Shown here: positions 56,247 through 64,000 of the stretch, one piece after another
How the letters are laid out: every line of letters begins with the position of its first letter
How positions within the stretch are numbered: position 1 is the stretch's first letter
Assembly: GCA_963724765.1 (NCBI GenBank)
Contig: CAVRVY010000001.1
Coordinates: 352,001-416,000 of the forward strand
Origin: an uncultured delta proteobacterium
Lineage (GTDB): Bacteria; Desulfobacterota; Binatia; Binatales; Binataceae
DNA: 64,000 bases
Reading direction: 5' to 3'
Made by a program: the position numbers and the translations under genes
The notes under the pieces: generated by a model
The model's database searches: none
Told to the model about the DNA's origin: nothing
Seen by the model: only the letters and a program-made list of their open reading frames with translations

Positions 56247-57434
56247 ATGGGGCTGCCGCTCGAGGGAATCCGCGTGATCGATCTGGGTCAGATTTTCGCC
56301 GCACCATATTGCACCCTGCAACTCGCCCAGATGGGCGCCGAGATCATCAAGATCGAACCGCCCGGCGTGGGCGAGAGCCTGCGGCGAGCGGACTCGTCGC
56401 CGGGCGGCGTCGGCTATTCCTTTCTGATGCTCAACGCCAACAAGCGTTCGGTGACGCTCAACCTGAAGCATCCGCGCGGCCGCGAGATCATCCTCAAGCT
56501 CATCGATCGCGCCGACGTGTTGGTCGAGAATTACTCGGCCGGCGTGATGGAGTCCTTCGGGCTCGGCTACGAGGACCTGCGCGGTCGCTTCCCGCGCCTG
56601 GTTTACGCCAGCGCCAAGGGCTACGCGAGCGATGGCCCATGGGCGCGCCTGGGCGCGATGGACTCCACGGTGCAGGCAAGCTCGGGCTTTATGAGCGTGA
56701 CCGGCTATCCGGATCGCAGCGGGGTGAAGACGCCCGCTACTTTCATCGACATGGGTACCGGCAGCCATCTCACCAGCGGCATCCTGGCCGCGCTGCTGCA
56801 GCGCGAGCGCAGCGGGCGCGGGCAAAAGGTCGAGGTCGCGATGCTCGACGTGTGCGTGCCGGCGCTGACCGGGCTCATCGCCGATCAACTGCAGGCGCGC
56901 AAGCCGGAGCGTCTCGGCAATCGCCATCGCAACGCCTGTCCGTCCGACGTCTATCCGGCCGCCGACGGCGAGATTCTGATTTTCTGCCTGACCGAGCCGC
57001 ACTGGCGCACGCTGGCGCGGCTGATGGGGCGCGAGGATTTGATCGGCGATCCCCGTTTCGGGAATCACGCGACGCGCCTTGCCAACGTCGACGAGGTCGA
57101 TCGCGCGGTTGCGGGATGGACGCGCGGCAAGCGCCGCGACCAACTTATCGCGGCGCTCATCAATGCGGGTGTGCCGTCTGCGCCGGTGCGCACGGTCGAA
57201 GAATTGACGGCCGATCCCGAGGTGGTGCGTCGTGGGATGCTGCTCGACAGCGAATTTCCAACCCGTGGCGCGATCAAGGTCGCCGGATCGCCGATCAAGC
57301 TGTCGGAGTCGCCGCAACCCGAGCATCCGCGGATCCGTCCGCCGGTGCTGGGTGAGCATACCGCCGAAGTGCTGGCGAGCGTCGGAATCGACGCGGCCGA
57401 ATTCGAGCGGCTGCGCGCCGGCGGCGTGGTCTGA
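56247..57434 (+). CDS. Family III CoA-transferase (CaiB/BaiF)
   Basis: PLEGIRVIDL, GAEIIKIE, NANKRSVTLNLK, ADVLVEN, catalytic Asp in FIDMGTG, and PVLGEHT. True start is ATG 56247 within the long ORF 55215. Confidence 0.93.
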   Translation: MGLPLEGIRVIDLGQIFAAPYCTLQLAQMGAEIIKIEPPGVGESLRRADSSPGGVGYSFLMLNANKRSVTLNLKHPRGREIILKLIDRADVLVENYSAGVMESFGLGYEDLRGRFPRLVYASAKGYASDGPWARLGAMDSTVQASSGFMSVTGYPDRSGVKTPATFIDMGTGSHLTSGILAALLQRERSGRGQKVEVAMLDVCVPALTGLIADQLQARKPERLGNRHRNACPSDVYPAADGEILIFCLTEPHWRTLARLMGREDLIGDPRFGNHATRLANVDEVDRAVAGWTRGKRRDQLIAALINAGVPSAPVRTVEELTADPEVVRRGMLLDSEFPTRGAIKVAGSPIKLSESPQPEHPRIRPPVLGEHTAEVLASVGIDAAEFERLRAGGVV

Positions 57435-57548
57435 ACGGCGCAGCGTTTGTGCATACGATAGACCCGCCGGCCACGCGCGCGTGAATTCTGACGCCCACTG
57501 ATCCAACTACGAAGCGAACGGCTGTGGCCGCCATGTTAGAACTGCGTC

Positions 57549-60029
57549 ATGGCGATGAATGAACGCGCTCCGGAGCCAGTCAATATCTCCGCTTTGAGCA
57601 GTTTGATCGAGTTCGGACCGCAAGTGGCGGATCGAGCCTCGCTGGAATCCATGCCGCGCGTGGGCACCGTCGAATTTTACCTGCTGACCGAAGCGGCGAA
57701 TCGCGCATGGGCCGCGGTAAGCGCCCGCGTTGCTTCGGGCGCTGGCGCGGTTTTCTGGATTGGCGGACCAGCCGGCGCGGGCAAAACCCATTTTCTGAAT
57801 TACGTGATGGCGCTCGAGGAGCGCGCAGGCTCGGCCAAGGGGCGGCGCGCGATCGTACGGCTCGGGCTTGAAGCTCAGGGGGGTGCTTACGATCTCGAGC
57901 AACGGATGTTCGAGTTGCTGGCGCGCGAGATCGGCGCGGGCGACGCGGGTGCGATGCTGTGGCGCCGGCTGCACGGTGGTGAGGCGCTGGGCGTCGCATT
58001 CGAGCAGGCCCATCGCGTCGGCCTCCGCGCCATCAGCGTCGCAATCGATTTCGGCGCGACCGACGCGGCGGCATGGGACGATTACTTCGCGGAACTCGCG
58101 CGCGTGGCCGCGCGCGAACACCAGATTGCATTCAACGTGTACGTTGCGGCGCGCACCAGGGCGCCCGCGAGCGCGATGGCGCTCGAGGTTGCGCCGGCTG
58201 ATGGCGGGGAACGGATGCTGGCAGCTTTAGCGCGGGCGCGCCAGGTCGTGGACGAGACGGCCGCCGCGGCGCTATACGACGGCGCCGACCTCGGCGGCTT
58301 TGAGCCGCGAGCGGTCTTCCCGTTCGATCCGCGGGCGATCGAAACGCTGCGTGACCAGGCGGGCGAGCCGGCGAGCGTGGCAGTTCTGGCAAGATTTGTT
58401 ATCGGGGCACTCGAGGCCTGGCGCGAAAGCGCCACCGACGGCCGCGGGCGGCCGCTTCTGCCGGTGGAGTTGATGGGGGTCGCGGCGGTGGCCAGGCGGG
58501 TGGACGAACGGCTGGGTGAGACCGGCCGCGCGGCGCTCCGAATTGCGCATCACGCCGCCGACGCGATGGAAGAACGCGGACTCGCGCGCGCCATCGTCGA
58601 TGCGTTGATGCTGGAGCGGCTCGGCGGCGGCGCTCATGCGCTTTCATCCCACGAGTTGCGCACCTGTCTGCCCGAGCGCTTGCAGCGCCGCGGCTCTGCT
58701 TCGGCAGCCAGCGCCGCAATCGCCGCGATGCTGCAGGCGCTGGCCGAACGCACCGGCGGGGTGATTGCTTTTGACGCGGGCGGGGCGTCGTTCAATCCGC
58801 GCGCCGCCGGAGCGCCCGAAGTCGCGGCCTTCAATAGGGCGCTGCCGCTTCTACAGCGTTTCGACTCGACCCTCACCGAGGCGGCCGAACTGGCCGAGTT
58901 GCGGAGCAGGTTCAAGCGCGCGAGCGACACGATGGCGCGGGCGGTGGAAGCGGCGCATCGCGTCGGCATAACATTGGAAGCGGCGCATCGCGAACTGCGG
59001 GCGGAGCTCAAGCCGGAGCATCGGCAAACCCTGGACGATTTTATCGCTCTCGCCGGCGCCGGTGCGGGCGCGCTTGTCGAGCAGGCGGCCGAGGAGCAAT
59101 CGCGCGCGCGGGCTGAGCGCGTCTTCGCCGCGTACGAGGCGCTGGCAACGGCGGCGGTGGCGGCGCCGCGGCTGCGCGAGATGCGCGAGTATCTGCGCGC
59201 GACCGAATTGATGCCCAACCTCGCGGGGGATATTGCGGCAGATGTCGTAGGAGATGCTCCTGCCGTAGACAAGGCCGTGGCGGCTCTGCAGGTCGAGTGC
59301 CAGCTCTTGCTCGCGGCGTTCGAAACCACGGTGCCGCGCTGGGATGCGCGCGGTTTCGACACGCTCCAGATACGCTTTCAGAAATTCAAATGGAACTATA
59401 TCCAGATCTATCAGGCCGCGCATGAACGCTGGCGGCGCGAGGGCGAGCGCCTCGCGATCGAGCTCGCGGACGCGCGCGAGCATTTCGGCGCATTGGGAAG
59501 GCTCAATTCGATCGCCGCGCTGGGCGCTCCCCTCGGTGGCGCTCTGGGGTCGCGGATCGAGGAGCTGGGGCGCCGGGTTGCGCGATGCGCGGCCGACGCG
59601 CCAATCACGATCGATCTCCTGCCGCGCTGTTCGCGATGCGGATTCGTGCTGGGAACGGTGTTGCCGGCTTCCGAGCTGGGCGAGGTCTTCGAGGAGATGA
59701 GACGCGCGCTCAAGACCAAGCTGTCCGCGCTTTCGCACGACGCGATTGCGCGCCTGATTCGCCAGCACGACCGCGGCCATCGGCTGGACGGCTTTCTCAA
59801 AATCACCCAGGCCGCCCATACCGATGCGCTGGTGCGCGTGCTCGATGATAATCTCGCGCGCTACCTCGGACGGCTGCTCGACGAGGTGGAAAACGATGCG
59901 CCAGACGAGGCACAAGATGAGGTACGCGATGAGCCGCCGGAATTGATCGAGCCCTTTGCGCGCTCGCGCCGCGACGCCTTGCGCAACGGCAAGCGGGAGG
60001 CCAGGGCGATCAAGCCGCGGTCCGAGTAA
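57549..60029 (+). CDS. DUF6079/BREX-3 BrxC-like P-loop protein, shortened and orphan
   Basis: LIEFGP, VEFYLLTE, Walker A GPAGAGKT(HFL), FPFDP, and C-terminal FKxxYxxxYxxxH..RLxxI...RCSRCGF. Confidence 0.7.
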   Translation: MAMNERAPEPVNISALSSLIEFGPQVADRASLESMPRVGTVEFYLLTEAANRAWAAVSARVASGAGAVFWIGGPAGAGKTHFLNYVMALEERAGSAKGRRAIVRLGLEAQGGAYDLEQRMFELLAREIGAGDAGAMLWRRLHGGEALGVAFEQAHRVGLRAISVAIDFGATDAAAWDDYFAELARVAAREHQIAFNVYVAARTRAPASAMALEVAPADGGERMLAALARARQVVDETAAAALYDGADLGGFEPRAVFPFDPRAIETLRDQAGEPASVAVLARFVIGALEAWRESATDGRGRPLLPVELMGVAAVARRVDERLGETGRAALRIAHHAADAMEERGLARAIVDALMLERLGGGAHALSSHELRTCLPERLQRRGSASAASAAIAAMLQALAERTGGVIAFDAGGASFNPRAAGAPEVAAFNRALPLLQRFDSTLTEAAELAELRSRFKRASDTMARAVEAAHRVGITLEAAHRELRAELKPEHRQTLDDFIALAGAGAGALVEQAAEEQSRARAERVFAAYEALATAAVAAPRLREMREYLRATELMPNLAGDIAADVVGDAPAVDKAVAALQVECQLLLAAFETTVPRWDARGFDTLQIRFQKFKWNYIQIYQAAHERWRREGERLAIELADAREHFGALGRLNSIAALGAPLGGALGSRIEELGRRVARCAADAPITIDLLPRCSRCGFVLGTVLPASELGEVFEEMRRALKTKLSALSHDAIARLIRQHDRGHRLDGFLKITQAAHTDALVRVLDDNLARYLGRLLDEVENDAPDEAQDEVRDEPPELIEPFARSRRDALRNGKREARAIKPRSE

Positions 60030-60120
60030 CCTTTACGCGCTGCAAAGACTCAGACGAACGACAACACGCCGCCGCGTCCGGTTCGACGACTCTCGCGGAT
60101 CTGCGGCCGGCGGCGGCCGG

Positions 60121-60387
60121 TCAGTTTGAGACTGGCGATTGAGGCCGCTTGCGCGGCTGCCCGGGAGGAAAGGCGCTGGCGGCTCTGCGGCGGCGCGGCT
60201 TGATGTTGAGCCGATCAAGTGCGCGGAAGTAAATGTTCCGCGCGACCTCCATGAACCACAACAGCGCGAGCCCCAGGCTCACGCCGACTCCATACAGTAC
60301 CGTGCCGAAAAATCCGCCCGCGCCGAGAGCCTCGGGCACGTGCGGCTCTTGCGAATTGCGGGCTTGCTCCTTAACCGGGTCCACCAT
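60121..60387 (-). CDS. Small hypothetical membrane protein
   Basis: 88 aa, one hydrophobic helix, basic tail. Confidence 0.55.
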   Translation of the reverse strand: MVDPVKEQARNSQEPHVPEALGAGGFFGTVLYGVGVSLGLALLWFMEVARNIYFRALDRLNIKPRRRRAASAFPPGQPRKRPQSPVSN

Positions 60388-60449
60388 CGGCTTTTACACT
60401 ATTGCGCAGCGCGTGGACGTGCAAGCGCTGACGCAGCAGCTTGACCGCA

Positions 60450-61256
60450 TCAGGCCGACGGCGAGGAACCGGATGCCGCCGGCGTCAACTTGATATTGTC
60501 GAAACTTACTTTTGAGTCGTTCTGCGACCACACCCCGATGCGTCCCTTCGCGAGCGTACCGTCGTCAGCCTGGAATACCTGCTTGCCGTCCAGGTACGCA
60601 ATGAAACGAGTGCCATGCGCGTCGACCTTGAAAGTATACCAGCGCCCGCGTTCCAGCGTCGCCGGAACTTGCTTGATCAAGGTCAACTGCCCGTTGCTCA
60701 TCCGATACAGAGCCAGGGTGTCTTTGGGACACGCGGCGGCAAGCACGTAGTAGTTCTGCGGATCGGTGTAGCGGAAGACCAGACCCGCATAGCTGCCCCA
60801 GGCGCCGCCCCACGGCTTGAAGGCGGCCTCGTAGCTGAAATCGGTATACTCAGTGGTGTCCTTGGGAATAGCCAGTAGATAATTATCGGTGAAAAACGAA
60901 TCGAACCAGAGCTTCACCTTTCCGGTATGCGGCAGGCCGTAACCCGGCAAACCCAGAGTGTTCGGCTCACTCGGTGCGTTGCGGTCGATAATCACCCGCC
61001 AATTGCCGGCGACCGCAATCCAATCCTGTGGCGTTGAGTAGCCGCGGTCGTGGTCGAAGTCCCAGGTCTTTGCCCCAGCCGCATCGGAGCCATCGGGCTT
61101 GGCCGCATCAGAGGGCGCCGACGCTTCGGCCGCTGCCGCAACCTCGGCCGCGGCCCGATGGCTCGCGGCAAGCGCTACGCTGGCCACCATCGCGAACGTA
61201 CCGGCGAGCGCGAATGCCCACAGCGCTGGGCACAATACACACTTCTTCTCAGTCAT
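60450..61256 (-). CDS. Exported DUF1080 / concanavalin-like beta-sandwich protein
   Basis: Signal peptide, DFSYEA.FK, AGLVFRY.D..NYY, WYTFKV, GRIGVW and FDNI. GGAG RBS before ATG 61256. Confidence 0.8.
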   Translation of the reverse strand: MTEKKCVLCPALWAFALAGTFAMVASVALAASHRAAAEVAAAAEASAPSDAAKPDGSDAAGAKTWDFDHDRGYSTPQDWIAVAGNWRVIIDRNAPSEPNTLGLPGYGLPHTGKVKLWFDSFFTDNYLLAIPKDTTEYTDFSYEAAFKPWGGAWGSYAGLVFRYTDPQNYYVLAAACPKDTLALYRMSNGQLTLIKQVPATLERGRWYTFKVDAHGTRFIAYLDGKQVFQADDGTLAKGRIGVWSQNDSKVSFDNIKLTPAASGSSPSA

Positions 61257-61449
61257 CTCCACCACCTTACTCAAAGTCCGAAATGTCCCAGGGACCGGGA
61301 TGGTCAAAAAACGATTGCGCACGATTGTTTTGGATAGACGGCCGCTCTGTCAAGAAGCAAGTGAGTTTCGCCTTTTCTTCGATATAGCTATATCAACGCG
61401 ATAACTTCGATTTTCGCTACTCCGCAGCAATCGGATTGACTTGACTGTG

Positions 61450-61476
61450 GTGGGAACGAGTGGGATGTTGTGGGAG
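61450..61476 (+). promoter_or_regulatory. MraZ operator (TGGGA repeats at a 10-bp period)
   Basis: TGGGA at 61451, 61461 and 61471, immediately upstream of mraZ. TTGACT -35-like element at 61441. Confidence 0.85.
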
Positions 61477-61492
61477 GTCACGGGGGATAGCG

Positions 61493-61942
61493 GTGTTCAG
61501 CGGACGATTCGACCATGCGACCGACGAAAAGGGACGGGTCAGTATCCCGGCCCGATTCCGCGAGGTATTGCAACGGGATGGTCATGAAGGGCTAGTGATC
61601 ACCAACTGGATTTACCAAAAGGAGCGTTGCCTTGCGCTTTTTCCACCCGGCCAATGGACCAAGCTGATCGGCAAGATCAGCCAGCGCGGGAGCCTGGACC
61701 CTTCGACCCAGACGCTCCAGATGTTTTTCGTCGGCGGCGCGCATGAGGTTCAAGTCGATCGCCAGGGCAGAATACTGATTCCGCCAAAGCTGCGCGAGTA
61801 TGCCCATCTCGATCGTGACGTCACTTTCAATGCGTTAATCGACCATTTTCAGCTCTGGGACAAGGCCTTACTGCAACGGATCGTGGAGGCGGCCGAGCAG
61901 CAGATGATGGATCCGGAATTCGTCGGGAAGCTCAATCTGTAG
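61493..61942 (+). CDS. mraZ: Division/cell wall cluster transcriptional repressor MraZ
   Basis: DEKGRVSIPARFR and DRQGRILIPPKLREYA. First gene of the dcw cluster. Confidence 0.95.
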   Translation: MFSGRFDHATDEKGRVSIPARFREVLQRDGHEGLVITNWIYQKERCLALFPPGQWTKLIGKISQRGSLDPSTQTLQMFFVGGAHEVQVDRQGRILIPPKLREYAHLDRDVTFNALIDHFQLWDKALLQRIVEAAEQQMMDPEFVGKLNL

Positions 61943-61948
61943 GTGGTG

Positions 61949-62866
61949 ATGGCGCTGGCAGCGGAATCGAATGCGGGAGCGGATCGGTTGCATCTGCCGG
62001 TGATGCCGGGCGAGGTGCGCGCTCTGCTGTGCGAGGGCGAGCGGGGCCTCGTCGTCGACGCTACGCTCGGCACGGGCGGACACGCCGAGATGCTGTTGGA
62101 GACAAGCGGCGCGACGCTGCTTGGGCTCGATCGCGACCCGCATGCGCTCGAGGCCGCGGCCGAGCGGCTTCGCCGTTTCGGTTCGCGGGTGATGCTGCGG
62201 CAGGCCGATTTCGCGGAGATCGATCGCGCGGTCGCCGAGGCCGCGTTGGGCGCGCCCGACGCGATCCTGGCCGATTTGGGGATGAGCACCTTCGCGCTCG
62301 ACGACCCGGCGCGCGGTTTCAGTTTCAGAAACGACGGTCCGCTGGATATGCGGATGGATCCAGCGGCGAGGCTTAGCGCCTACGATTTGCTGAACGAGGA
62401 AGGGGAGGACGAACTCGCGCGAATTATTCGCGAGTTCGGTGAAGAGCGCGCCGCGCGCCGGATCGCGCGGGCGATCGTGGAGGCCCGCCGCCGGCGTCCG
62501 CTGACAACCACCGCGGAGTTGCGCGCGGTCATCGAGCGCGTGACCGGCACGCGTCATCGCGGCGCGATCCATCCGGCCACGCGCACCTTCCAGGCGCTGC
62601 GCATCGCGGTCAACCACGAGATTGAGAGTCTCACCGCGTTCCTCGAGCGCGCTCCGGAATGTCTCAGCGCGGGAGGCCGTCTCGCGATCATCGCCTACCA
62701 CTCGCTGGAGGACCGCCCGGTCAAGCATCGTTTCCGCGCGCTCGTGCAGGAGGCCGGTTTCACGGCGCTGACGCGCAAGGCGCTGCGGCCCTCGGCGTCC
62801 GAATGCGCGCACAATCCGCGTGCGCGCAGCGCGCGGCTGCGCGCGATCGAACGGGGGCCACGATGA
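61949..62866 (+). CDS. rsmH: 16S rRNA m4C1402 methyltransferase
   Basis: HLPVM, DATLGTGGH, DLGMS, RGFSF..DGPLDMRM, HPATRTFQALRIAVN, HSLEDR and NPRARSA. Confidence 0.97.
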   Translation: MALAAESNAGADRLHLPVMPGEVRALLCEGERGLVVDATLGTGGHAEMLLETSGATLLGLDRDPHALEAAAERLRRFGSRVMLRQADFAEIDRAVAEAALGAPDAILADLGMSTFALDDPARGFSFRNDGPLDMRMDPAARLSAYDLLNEEGEDELARIIREFGEERAARRIARAIVEARRRRPLTTTAELRAVIERVTGTRHRGAIHPATRTFQALRIAVNHEIESLTAFLERAPECLSAGGRLAIIAYHSLEDRPVKHRFRALVQEAGFTALTRKALRPSASECAHNPRARSARLRAIERGPR

Positions 62867-63153
62867 GCCGCGCGCGGGTCAAGCCGTCGCGCCCGCCGTC
62901 GCGGCTGTTGCAGGCGATTCTGGCAGTGGGCGTTATCGCGCTGGGTTTTGCGACCCTGATGGTGCGCCTGGAGGTCACGCAAGAGGGCTATCGGCTCTCG
63001 ACGCTGCGCAGCGACAATCTCAAGCTCGAAGAGGACAACCGCAATCTGCGCCTGAGCGTGGCCGAAGTCGCCTCGCGTGAGCGCCTGCGCGCACTGGCTC
63101 CGAAATTCAATCTTGGTCCGCCCGCGCCCGGCCAGGTGGTGACGCTGCCGTGA
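62863..63153 (+). CDS. ftsL: Cell division protein FtsL
   Basis: Basic N-terminus, single TM, GY-coiled coil. Sits between rsmH and ftsI with ATGA overlap. Confidence 0.85.
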   Translation: MSRARVKPSRPPSRLLQAILAVGVIALGFATLMVRLEVTQEGYRLSTLRSDNLKLEEDNRNLRLSVAEVASRERLRALAPKFNLGPPAPGQVVTLP

Positions 63154-64000
63154 ACGAGCCGTTCAAAAGACGCCGCGGCCGTATCGGCGCGCTCACCATC
63201 GTGCTGGCCGCGCTCTTCGTGCTGATCGCGCTCAGGCTCGCCGCGCTGGTGGTATTCGACGGGCCGCGCCTGACTTCGCTCGCGCGCACGGAGCATACGG
63301 GCGAAGTCGCGCTGGCGGCGCCGCGCGGCCCGCTTACGGATCGCAATGGCGAGCCGCTCGCGCTCTCGGCCGAGACGCGATCGATCTATGCGCGGCCGGC
63401 GCAACTGCTCGCCGCCGCCGCGCCCGAGCAGCGCGCCTCGCTGGCCGCCGCGCTCGGAATCGCGCCCGCCGATCTGGAGGCGAAGCTTCATCGCGGAGCG
63501 CCCTTCGTATGGCTCCGGCGCCATCTGCCGCCCGCCCAGTCGCAGGCGGCCGAAGCGCTGAGCCTCGATGGAGTGGGCGCGCTCAGCGAATACAAAAGGT
63601 TCTATCCGGAGGGTACCCTGGCCGCGCCGGTGGTGGGGTTGGCGGGGATGGATGGCCAGGGTCTCTCCGGCCTCGAATTGCAATACGATCGATTGATCCG
63701 CGGCGAGCCGGTGGTGTTGCGTTTCTATCATGACGCGCTCGGTCATCCGATCTTTGACAGTCCGCTGGCGCTCAAGACTCCAGAGGCGGGCGCGCGCCTG
63801 GTGCTGACGCTCGACGCGCGGATCCAGGCGCTGGCCGAAAACGATCTGGCCGCCGAAGTGCGCAGCAGCGGCGCGCGGCGCGGCGCGGCCGTGGTGCTCG
63901 ATCCGTTCAGCGGCCAGGTGCTGGCTCTCGCGAATATCGCGGCCGACGGCGCAAGCATCGGCGAGCGTCTGCACGATACCGCGGTGCAGGACGCCTTCGA
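63150..64000 (+). CDS. ftsI: Penicillin-binding protein 3 (FtsI), 5' partial
   Basis: GTG overlapping the ftsL stop, TM anchor, RGPLTDRNGEPLALS, RFYPEG, GLSGLELQYD and LTLDARIQ. Runs off the window. Confidence 0.93.
   Translation, partial: MNEPFKRRRGRIGALTIVLAALFVLIALRLAALVVFDGPRLTSLARTEHTGEVALAAPRGPLTDRNGEPLALSAETRSIYARPAQLLAAAAPEQRASLAAALGIAPADLEAKLHRGAPFVWLRRHLPPAQSQAAEALSLDGVGALSEYKRFYPEGTLAAPVVGLAGMDGQGLSGLELQYDRLIRGEPVVLRFYHDALGHPIFDSPLALKTPEAGARLVLTLDARIQALAENDLAAEVRSSGARRGAAVVLDPFSGQVLALANIAADGASIGERLHDTAVQDAF

Noticed and set aside
55215-57434. 739-aa ORF as a fusion protein
   Set aside because: The first 344 codons are an off-frame shadow of the acyl-CoA dehydrogenase. The CoA-transferase begins at ATG 56247 with its own purine-rich RBS.

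Overview
A GC-rich, gene-dense bacterial chromosomal window. The gene mix and style suggest Candidatus Binatota or a deltaproteobacterial relative; this is inference and was not tested. About 55 CDS are supportable. No rRNA, tRNA, CRISPR array, transposase or integrase was recognised. The left ~18 kb is accessory signalling and catabolism: a CarH-type B12-binding protein with an extra phycobiliprotein/globin-like N-domain coupled to a histidine kinase, a truncated ABM monooxygenase remnant, a GAF hybrid kinase with an 11 x 15-bp coding tandem repeat inside its DHp domain, several hydrolases, an HMG-CoA-synthase-like/DUF35 fusion with a thiolase, two sigma54 promoters and a secondary alcohol dehydrogenase. 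The rest is mostly housekeeping and envelope: leuS, a class V aminotransferase-serA-purA run, murF, purE, a rodZ-like gene, scattered L-Ara4N (arn) genes with a split arnA, an mdlAB-like ABC pair, mrp/apbC, and the start of the dcw cluster (mraZ-rsmH-ftsL-ftsI). The best candidates for novelty are (1) the putative B12/bilin sensor-kinase module at 367-2713, (2) the repeat-expanded DHp hairpin at 5730-5894, and (3) an orphan, Walker-B-degenerate DUF6079/BREX-3 BrxC-like ATPase at 57549-60029. All family calls come from motif recognition by eye, and no searches were run.
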